A stretch of DNA of 64,000 nt from Guillardia theta CCMP2712 (lineage: Eukaryota; Protista; Cryptophyta): the NCBI RefSeq assembly GCF_000315625.1, contig NW_005434505.1:34677-98676 (forward strand), written 5' to 3'. The notes beneath the pieces were generated by a model. It worked only from the letters and a program-made list of their open reading frames with translations, did no database searches and had not been told where the DNA came from. Shown piece after piece: positions 25,189-34,907 of the stretch. Numbering within the stretch: the stretch's first letter is position 1; every line of letters starts with the position of its first letter. The translations under genes were made by a program, and so were the position numbers.

Positions 25189-25244
25189 TTTACTCAAAGT
25201 TAAGTTAAAGATCAGTACGAGGAACGAGGACAATCAGGAGAGTC
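25189..25244 (+). repeat. Dispersed ~45-nt core repeat, copy A
   Basis: TTTACTCAAAGTTAAGTTAAAGATCAGTACGAGGAACGAGGACAATCAGGAGAGTC; also at 28029, 49102(-), 49181(-), 58250 and partially at 24912. Confidence 0.9.
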
Positions 25245-25290
25245 ACCTAGTAGTATGCCGGTAACCGGTCAGGGTGGCCGGGCCGCGATG

Positions 25291-27911
25291 CATTCCATGG
25301 CATTTACTAACGCCCAATTATAAATTAATATCCTTTTAACAAACACTTGTACCTGTTAATTTGATCATAAGCATACAGTTTTTAGTCAATTTTGTACCAG
25401 AATGATTTGTACCACTCAGTACTCTTTTATATTTGTTTTAAGCATTTGAGTTCCGGCTTACACGCCTCTTGGCTGCTCTCTTCCCTGTGTACCGGTATGT
25501 TTGTCTGATATTAAGGGGGTAGGGTTATTCGTATATTTCGATACACGCTCATGAAATCTTATTAGTGTCAGCCATTGACGAGTGTAGTAAATCCAGCCAA
25601 TAAGTATTTTTGTTTTCAAATCAAGGAGTCGTATGCCAGCTAGCAACGGCAATATTTTTTTTCTACACCGGTTGTTTTATATAGATACCTACCCCATGTC
25701 TATAGGGTGCCACCGAAACACAGGTCCCCTTGCCCCCGATCAAAGAGCAAATAAAAATTCATTAAAAATCCTGAGATCCCCATTGCAAGTATCCCTCCCC
25801 TCCTCCTTCCTGCTCTTCTCCCTCCCTCCCTCCCTCCCTGCTCCCCTCCCTTCCTCCCTGCTCCCTCCCTCCCCCCTGTTCCCCTCCCTCCCCGTTGCTT
25901 CCCTTTCCCTTGCGCTCCAGTTATAGACACCAAACAAATGAATCTTCACCGTCGTGTATCAGCAACAAATGGAATTCAGAGAAGGCGAAGGCAGGAAGAT
26001 TTCGATACATTCTTGGAGCAGGAAGAGACTTGTGATGAGTCAAAGACACCTGAAGATTTGAAGCTTCGAATGATCCTGCATACGTCAGTTGATGATCGAG
26101 ACTTGCCCAGGATGTACTGGAAAAAGCCAGGCAGTAATTTGAATATTATGCTTGAGCCTGGCACAGGGGTTCAATATCAGTGTGAAGATCACAGGGGCGT
26201 TGAAGTGAATCGACTGGGCATGATCAAATCGCTGCACTCAGATGCACAGGTTGTCGAAGTGTACATCATGTACAATGGAGTCCTCTTGGAACATGTAGAC
26301 GAAACCATTATAACTAATCGAGTGCCCTGTGTGGCCCTGAAAAGAATTTTGAACAAAGTTGGAAACCGTGATTGTTATCAAGCAATTTACAAGGATACGG
26401 ATGAAATAAATGCTATACCAAAAATGTGTTTCTTCAGCTTTCCTTGCATGTTGGAGCATGCCAACGATGATCTCCACGATAATTTCAGAGTGCATGGGTA
26501 TATATTTTTTCATGAAGACGACATCGAAAATAATAAATACTGTGAAATCTCTCACTTCTCGATTGCAAACCCGGCACCACTCGTTGAAAAGATGGCGCAA
26601 ACAACTTTCTGTTCAGCGGCGGAGTACAATCGGATTTGTCGAGATATGACCGAGGTCAAAAAGATGTTCAATCAGTGGTTGAAGTCAAGGAGTGAGACCT
26701 TTGAGAAAAAATTTTGTTTGTTGTTTTCCATTGATTTTCGTTGCTTTCGATTGCTTTACAATTTTTGTTTGTTGTTTTCCATCGCTTTACGTGTGACATG
26801 CTCGTCACAAGCCATGTTTATGAACTCCGAAAACCTCAGCATCTTTTCGCTGCCTGTTTCACAACCTCGGAATCATCGCCGTCTTTGTCCAAACCTACAT
26901 CCGCAAGATGTTCCTATTCGCTTGGGCACCCGCTTGTCTCCATGCTTCTGTTCCCTACAACTGATAAAAACATTACATTCGCAGGAATGATATTCAATGG
27001 AGACTCTACCTTATGTCTTAGCTCGCTGGTTCTGATACTGAGAAGTCCTGAGGGAAGTTCATTCACATCCGGCATTCATGGCGTTGAATAGTTCATCGAT
27101 CTTACACTTGCGATCTATTTGCAATCAAGTTGCCTACACGACTGACATGCCTTATGCTTATGTGCTTGGTTGACACAGAGAGGAGGAAGTATGGGTCTTG
27201 TAGAATGCCAACCAAAACAACAATCAATTGCCTAATCAGAGAGATCCTTTACGAGAAACAATCTTGACACCAAACAACTCTACAGTCAGAGATGTGCTCG
27301 AAGCTCAATCATACGAAAGAGGGTTGTGGATGCTTGATCACCAAAAACGAGCAAATTCTCCATCTTGCAATGAGCATCAAAAGGATTCGAAAACAGCCCT
27401 AGGCTCTAGAATCCATGGTGATGCTGATTCCTACAGCTTCCTTTGAAAAACAAGCTCGAGCTGTTTGAAACGTCGTCTTGCAGTATGCCGCAAAAAGTAC
27501 AAACATTCACACATGATTCAACCTTGGATGGCCTGGTGCTTGAATACGATGAAAGAGCCATTGGCTGAGAGCCATCTGGGATGCAAACAAACGCCGCCTG
27601 CGCCGGTGGGTGCGGATGCAGCAATGGGGGAAGGGTAGGGCAGGCGATTTTGGTTGTATATGCACCCCCCAGGCGTGTAAAAGCGTGTAAGGTCAAAAAT
27701 AGTTTTAATGTTTGAAACCTTGTTGTTTGGAGGAAGCAAGAATACTTGTAAACCTAAAACTGCTCGACACGGTCCCCGATTCAAACATACTTTCAACCAT
27801 TATCGAAGTTTCTGGTACAAATTTTCAGTGCGCCGACCATTCAAAAATCCTGGGCTGAGGTACCCCGCTCGAAAATGATCAAAAGCGAGCATTAGAAAAT
27901 GCCATGGAATG
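25291..27911. mobile_element. ~2.6-kb TIR element with no recognisable transposase
   Basis: 23-bp TIRs CATTCCATGGCATTTACTAACGC (25291-25313) and rc of 27889-27911 CATTCCATGGCATTTTCTAATGC, 2 mismatches. AT-rich subterminal regions. TSD unresolved (GATG left, GATC right). Confidence 0.72.
25938..27640 (+). CDS. Element-borne hypothetical protein with a BAH-like segment (long first exon, further small exons)
   Basis: ORF 25938-26990. RLGMIKSLHSD..VEVYIMY..ETIITNRVPCVALKRILNKV loosely resembles the BAH pattern. Likely donor at ~26691. Confidence 0.5.
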
Positions 27912-28028
27912 GATCATCCGACTCGGATGACTCTGTGAAAGACCGTCTGAGTCGTGCGAATTAAAGTAAAATCTTGCGAATCTTAGCAGGAGTTAAACTG
28001 AGACGGTCTCCTGCCTGTGACTCATTCA

Positions 28029-28061
28029 TTTACTCAAAGTTAAGTTAAAGATCAGTACGAG
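28029..28061 (+). repeat. Dispersed core repeat, copy B (3'-truncated)
   Basis: TTTACTCAAAGTTAAGTTAAAGATCAGTACGAG, identical to the first 33 nt of copy A. Confidence 0.9.
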
Positions 28062-29032
28062 CCTCCGAGCAAACGGCCGGCGTGACTCCTTCAATAATTT
28101 AAAAGGGCTTTCTGGCAGGAGGTCCCCGGAGCTTCGGAAGTTCGGAAAGGGTCGGCGGTGACGGGTGACAACGGCGGAGAACCGGGCTCGGAGGCTCGTG
28201 TAAGACAGGACCGTACAATTGAGTCACGGGGATACGGTACACTGATACCCTGGCAATCCGATGACTAGGCTTATGGCGCCGATGGTGGTGACCCATGGCT
28301 TTTTAAATTAATACTGCGATTAAGAAATCGATGAGCATGCGAGGTTGTGATGGTAGTACGTAAGATAGAGAAGCTTGCTGATGGCGGCCTAGCAGGGAAG
28401 AGGCACGAGCCTCACATGGCCGACCCAAAGGCTATAGGTAGGCTATTGTCCCTTTCCACTTACTATGAAAATTAAGAAAAGTCCAACCTTGGGGTATGGG
28501 GAGGGAGATAGATGAAGGACATCACGGGACGGCAGGGGTGGAGCACGAGACGAGAGCAAACCCTACTGAACGACGAGAGGAGATATTGGTAGCCCACCAG
28601 ACCACCGGTGCTTGCTTCTGGTAAAACAGGGGTACATCATATGAAACCACCGGTCCTTGAAAAGGTAAATTGAGGGGTAAGGAGGCGGCGTGCGGAAGAC
28701 GCGAAAGTGACTTCTTTCGCACCTGACCTACAAAACAGACTCCGGCAGGAGGGGTCCTTTTGATTGATTTTAGTGGGGTGATGGGGGTCCGAAACGGGGG
28801 TGACAATAGAAAGAAGGTGAACTGGTCATCACATAGCTCGAACACAGCGTTTCGGGAGAACCCCTACCACCTGTTCTTACCATCTTTAAACCGGTACTTC
28901 TAGCCGGCCCCCAAAGTGATAAGATTACAACAGGGAGCTATGATTCAATAGCTCCAACCTTCGTCCCTCCTCAAACTCATCCTCCCCTTCTTGGCGTACC
29001 AACGTACCTCCAACCAGTCCGACTTTTCTCTT

Positions 29033-29954
29033 ACCTCCCCTCCTTCCCTTCGCTCCATCCCTGCCATCCCTCCCTCCTGCCACTACCCAACATCCTCCTC
29101 TCCTCCGCCCTCCCTCCCCCGACAAACAAGCTTTCCGCGCTTCATTGCTCGACAACAAGCATCCCCGACGACCGCTCGTCTCCCCTGGACTCTCTCGCAT
29201 GCTAGGCTTATTGCGCTTATTGATCTTGGCCGCGTCTCTGGTGCTCGCGGCCTCCACCGCTCTCGCCTCCTCTCCTCGTGCTCCCAAGCTTTCCCGCGTC
29301 TCCATCGACGTGGATCTCTCTGGACTGCTGCCGGCCAAGACCAGGCCTCTACGCCCTGACGTGCATGGAAGCAGCATGGTCAGCTCTCAGAGCGAGGGGC
29401 CTCGCGCAGGCACCCGCTGTATCCGCCTCCGCGGAGGCAACTGCCTCGACTCCTCCGCCAACCTCGCTGAGCTCACGTCGACGGTGAGCGAGCGAGTGCC
29501 GCTGAGGAGCGAGGGGGCAGGATGCAGCACAAGGCGATGCTGGAAGCTCAGCAGGACGGTGGAGTAGAGGAGGAGGAGGGCGCCAGTATTCTTTGACCAC
29601 GAGATGTATTCTTTAGATGTACCACTAGCTGATATGGATTGTGAATGAATCAACTATCCCTACTCATCAGAGTGTCTGTAGCATCGCATGCGCTCACCGA
29701 GCCCTCAATCTCATGGCGCGAGACGCGTAGACGGGCCAGCATGTCGGCGACATGCGCGAAGACGCTCGAGAGGGAGCGGGGGCCGTCATGTGAGGCTGGC
29801 GATGTCAGAGAGGTCGGTGAGGGAGAGGGGCCTTGAGTCTTGAAACCATTCCTTGATGTGGGTCTGCTGGCGGTTGGCCATGGAGAGGAGCCGGGCGGAG
29901 TGAGAACAGTTGGGGTAGGCGAAGAAGGCAGCATGGCTGGAGAGGCTTGTCAGA
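29033..29954. repeat. Left arm of a ~920-bp near-perfect inverted duplication
   Basis: Reverse complement matches 32477-33398 with only scattered substitutions. Confidence 0.95.
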
Positions 29955-30080
29955 CTCGTGGAGGAGAGGGGAGGGGAGATGATGGGAGGGGAGGAGGGGA
30001 GGAGTGGACCAGTTGCCGGAGAAGCAGGAGCTCCGAACGCACGCGAGGCCTCTTCCGTCCACACCAACACCGAGGCCTGA
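29199..30080 (+). CDS. Signal-peptide + RLRGG protein, copy 1 (downstream exon structure uncertain, possibly pseudogene)
   Basis: MLGLLRLLILAASLVLAASTALA is a clear hydrophobic leader, followed by CIRLRGG (29424-29438) and a GTGAGC donor at ~29484. Confidence 0.5.
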
Positions 30081-30099
30081 CCAACAAGGTCATGTGGCC

Positions 30100-31700
30100 C
30101 CTTTTTGTTTCTCTCTTCCTCCTCTGTTGCCCGTCACCCCCTGTCTCTCCGCCGCCCCCGCTAACCCTGTACCTCCTCTCACCGCAATCTTGGAAGAGAC
30201 AGTCGTCTATCGCTGCGGCCGCCACGTCCGTTACCGTTACTCCGCATCCCAAGCTGCCGAAAGGAGCTTCGCCATGAGTCTCGTCTTGAAGGATGACACG
30301 GAAAGGCGATTGAAGATTAAGATCTCCCATCTCCTGCCACACGTCACCCTCATCCCCACTCATGCTCTTGCTACCTTGCTGTCCTGGTCCTTCCCTCGAT
30401 GAACAATCTGAGCACATGCATGCAGCAAACCGGACGGTCGGAAGCTCAACTTGACGCTTTCAAGCATCTCGCTCACTTGCAGCGTGGTGACTTCCTTGTG
30501 AGGCGCATCAGAGGGACTGAGAGAAATCTCCGCGCATGCCTGGCTGCCGTCGTTGATCGGCGGCGGGTCCCTCGCAATCACCTCGGCAAGATGCTCAACT
30601 TGAGCTGGAGCGAAGAACTGAAACAAAGGCAACAGCATCACTGTCACTGCCGGCAAACTAGACATCACGACGAGCCACCTGTGCTGCGTTCCTCTTGCTC
30701 GCCCCGATACCCCTGAGGGTGCTGTACCGAATAACCAACGTCGAGCAGTGCATCGCAGTGATGCCGTCCTCCGCAGGCTCCTCTGGAGACAGCCCCCCGA
30801 CATGGGTGGCTACCAAGGTGCAATTAGATTGCAGCGAGAGACCTGAGTCGCGAATCATCTTGTGCTATGAGTAATCCTTCACTCACAGCAACACACTCCT
30901 TGCCCGCAGAGGACAGAGCAGGCAAACATCGCCCAGGGTCCTCCTTGCACGTGCAAGAGGATCTGGCAAGCCCTCAAAGTGAGTCAAGCAGGAGGAGGAG
31001 GAAGAGGAGGAGACGTCAGCTGAGTCGGCAGAGGAGAGTTGGAAGCGGAGAGATGTGATGGAACCACTGCAGCCTTTGGCGAGGACGTACTTGCCCTCAA
31101 GAGTCTGTAGCATGAAGGTGTTAGCTCGGGAGTGGTGCAGGCAAACAAGTTGATACGGATGAGCTGAAGTTGGTGAGAACAGACAGCACTCCCTCGGTCC
31201 TCACACCTCCTTGGCAGAAGCTGTAAGAATCTAGTCGTGCTCCTCTTTGATCCGCCGGCTGCTGCTCGCTCTGCCCTTCGAAATGAAGAACCCTCTCTCC
31301 CTGCGCGGCGTCTCAGTTCAAACGGGCGGGAAGGGAAGCAAGAGAACATGGAGAGGGAAGCAAGAGAACTCACTCCGTGGAACTTTGACGTCACGATGGT
31401 CGTGCGCCTCTTCTGCCTGCTCGCATGTCTCCCTCTGGGAAAGATTATTCTCCCATCCCTGTTCGCTCTGTGTATGGCAGGACGTAGAGAGCTTCTGTAT
31501 GTTCAGCTTTCTGTGAGGAATGACAATGCAAGAAGAGAAAAGAAGAAGACCTGCTCTTCACCACAACATCTCGATCTGAGATATCTGCAAACATTCGCCG
31601 AGAGCAGAGTTCAGACAGAGCAAGGAGAGCATGATGCCCGATAACTGTCACATACCAAGTGAGCGAAGGAGAGTGAGGACAAGCCATCAGGAACATGAAT
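30100..31700 (-). CDS. Hypothetical multi-exon gene between the inverted arms
   Basis: Series of minus-strand exon-like segments (ALYVLPYTERTGMGE, MLQTLEGKYVLAKGCSG, LQSNCTLVATHVGG, QFFAPAQVEHLAEVIAR, DLNLQSPFRVILQDE). Confidence 0.45.
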
Positions 31701-32379
31701 CATGACTGCAGACTGCAAAAACAAGATGCAAACAAACATCGACAACACTCACAACACCTCCACTGTTTCATTACACACTTGTTTCCCCTCGTTCCGATTG
31801 GAGCTGCAAACTATCAGACGATGACGCCCATCGAGGCGGGAAGGATGAGAGAAGAAGCAGAACAAGATTCGTCAAGGTAGTCCTCATCTCACAGACTTGT
31901 CTCCTCGTAGAATCTCAGGTGTAGAACGTCCATCTTGTTCTATTGCAGTCTCTACACTTGGCTTTGTAACCTGTACGTGTCCTGGCTTGCTAGCACAACG
32001 GACAGACATTGAGCGAGAAGGTGGAGCAGCTTGCTCCTCTCCTCCTCTACACCATGTCTCTGCGTACCCAAACCAGCATCAGCCCTTCTGCCATGATGCT
32101 CCTGCGGCCTACCCCAGGCAGCTGCCATTTTGCCACATGGGGTTCGGAATTGTAATAAGAAGAAGGTTTCATGCATCTGCCTATAGATGGAACTAAGTAT
32201 CATATTGAGGCGGGCTTGTGTAAGAGATACAACCCGTCACAACGCCAAATAGCGCGCATGGCGTGCACGTAAGGGAAGAGGATCAGGTCAAGAGCAGTGC
32301 ATGGAGAAGATCTTGAGAGACATGAATGAATCATATGATATCAAGATGTTATATGAATTCACTACGCCAGAATTGATAG

Positions 32380-33232
32380 GTCATCCAACGGATGCTTCTC
32401 CTGCGTTCGGAGCTCCTTTTACACCAGCTAGGTGATAGCTCCACTCGGCCTGAACTACAGCCCTCCATGAAGCTACTCTGACCAGCCTCCCCAGCCATGC
32501 TGCCTTCTTCGCCTACCCCAACTGTTCTCACTCCGCCCGGCTCCTCTCCATGGACAACCGCCAGCAGACCCACATCAAGGAATGGTTTCAAGACTCAAGG
32601 CCCCTCTCCCTCACCGACCTCTCTGACATCGCCAGCCTCACATGACGGCCCCCGCTCCCTCTCGAGCGTCTTCGCGCATGTCGCCGACATGCTGGCCCGT
32701 CTACGCGTCTCGCGCCATGAGATTGAGGGCTCGGTGAGTGCATGCGATGCTACAGACACTCTGATGAGTAGGGATAGTTGATTCATTCACAATCCATATC
32801 AGCTAGTGGTACATCTAAAGAATACATCTCGTGGTCAAAGAATACTGGCGCCCTCCTCCTCCTCTACTCCACCGTCCTGCTGAGCTTCCAGCATCGCCTT
32901 GTGCTGCATCCTGCCCCCTCGCTCCTCAGCGGCACTCGCTCGCTCACCGTCGACGTGAGCTCGGCGAGGTTGGCGGAGGAGTCGAGGCAGTTGCCTCCGC
33001 GGAGGCGGATACAGCGGGTGCCTGCGCGAGGCCCCTCGCTCTGAGAGCTGACCATGCTGCTTCCATGCACGTCAGGGCGTAGAGGCCTGGTCTTGGCCGG
33101 CAGCAGTCCAGAGAGATCCACGTCGATGGAGACGCGGGAAAGCTTGGGAGCACGAGGAGAGGAGGCGAGAGCGGTGGAGGCCGCGAGCACCAGAGACGCG
33201 GCCAAGATCAATAAGCGCAATAAGCCTAGCAT
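32380..33232 (-). CDS. Signal-peptide + RLRGG protein, copy 2
   Basis: First-exon translation identical to copy 1; diverges inward of 32477 but retains GAPNA. Confidence 0.5.
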
Positions 33233-33398
33233 GCGAGAGAGTCCAGGGGAGACGAGCGGTCGTCGGGGATGCTTGTTGTCGAGCAATGAAGCGCGGAAAG
33301 CTTGTTTGTCGGGGGAGGGAGAGCGGAGGAGAGGAGGATGTTAGGTAGTGGCAGGAGGGAGGGACGGCAGGGATGGAGCGAAGGGAAGGAGGGAAGGT
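32477..33398. repeat. Right arm of the inverted duplication
   Basis: Reverse complement of 29033-29954. Confidence 0.95.
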
Positions 33399-34712
33399 CT
33401 AGGAGCAGTTTGCTAGAGTTGAGTGGCTGGTTGCAGGAGGTTGGAATGGAGGAGGGGAGTTGAGCTTCTTCATTCCTTTCTCCCTGTGGTAAAGGGGGCC
33501 GGCTGCATGGACCGGTGGTATGATCCACTAACAAGGGGGTACATGTGGCCACCAAAATACTCAAAACCGAGGCTTTTCGTTTGTTCTTTTTTGTGTGGAT
33601 TCAGAACAAACTACGAATTTGGCCCTTTATATCACCCCTACCCCCTTCTGTTTCTACCCCTACCCTTTTTGGTCCTATTATAAACGGTCACAGGACCCCT
33701 ATTGTGAAACATTGACGCACCCCACCCATATTTTCCCGATGCAACCCCACCATGATTTTGACTGTTATGGGCCAGGTGTCCTTCTTACCATCATAGGGAA
33801 GCAAGGATTTTGTATAGGTCTCCTCCAACACACTTTGCGATAGAGATGACCCTGACGTTTCAACTAGTACCACCCTGAGCAGCTGCAATAGACTGTAAAT
33901 AGAAATATCTAGAAGGGGGAGCCGTTCGCCATGCAACACTACTGGCACGGTTCTTTACTTGGCCAACCGGTCAGACCCCACCCTCCTGCTCTAGCCCTTG
34001 TTTCAGTCGGAGAACCCGGTGGTCGATCTCCCATCCATTCGTTTCTGTTACCGTTGCTTTCTCGTTGTTTTGGAGCCGATAAGTTTTGAGTCGGTGAGTC
34101 AAACTCGGTCAGTTGTGGCGTTGCTGTGGTACCCTTGGCTCTCTAAAAAGTTTTTATCTGTACCAAGTCATCAAGACCAAAAAGGACTACAACTGTACCA
34201 AGTTTACCAAAAAGCATTTTGTATTTCCGTACAAACGATGCCAAATTTGGAGTTACGGTAGTGGCAGTGATTTTGAGGAGTACCGGCAGTAGCAGACGGA
34301 ATGTTTCGTTTTTTTGGGTGACTTTATGCCCTCAAGGGATCTGACTATCTCAGCAGTCACGAATCTCTCCCGGCCTTAACAGTGCGGGAATTGCCCGAGC
34401 CGTCAGCAAGTCACGCCATGCAAAGCTCAGCCGAGAGTCACACCACTCAGGTGACTGTCACATGTACGGTACCGTCACCGCCGGTATGGTCTGCCGGAAA
34501 CAGTCGTGACGGTCGGTCCCGCTGAGTCGGAACGGTAACGGCGGCGTTCAACGGTTGAACCGTTGATCATCAGGTGATCTGTTGTGAGCACGGCCGGCCG
34601 CCCGCGCGGCCGGGCCGGCCGGGCCGCCGGGCCGCGCGGTTGCAACCCCGGGGGGGGCCGCTGAGTGCACGGCGGCCGGTCACGTTGCCCGGCCCCCCCG
34701 GGACTCGGAGCG

Positions 34713-34747
<35 letters not shown>

Positions 34748-34907
34748 ACTGATCGGGCCACTGCCGCGCACCGTGACTGACGATGCCGTCATCAGTGACA
34801 GAGCCACGGTCGGACCTCACCGGCCCCCCCGGTGGCCGGGCCGTGGCATCACTGACTTCTGATCCGCACGGAGTCGGGCCGTCCAACTTGTTTGTCCGTT
34901 GACAGTA

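Noticed and set aside
25211-25226. Similarity of CAGTACGAGGAAC to the LSU rRNA sarcin-ricin loop (AGTACGAGAGGAAC)
   Set aside because: Needs a 2-nt deletion, occurs only in the copy with the internal duplication, and has no flanking rRNA homology.
29033-33398. Pack-MULE interpretation of the inverted arms
   Set aside because: No 8-11 bp TSD outside the arms, and the arms are gene-like sequence rather than typical TIRs.
34475-34862. GC-rich ORFs in mosaic islands (also 53493-53881 and 58183-58623)
   Set aside because: Stop-poor because of extreme GC content; Arg/Pro/Gly/Ala translations with no domain signal.
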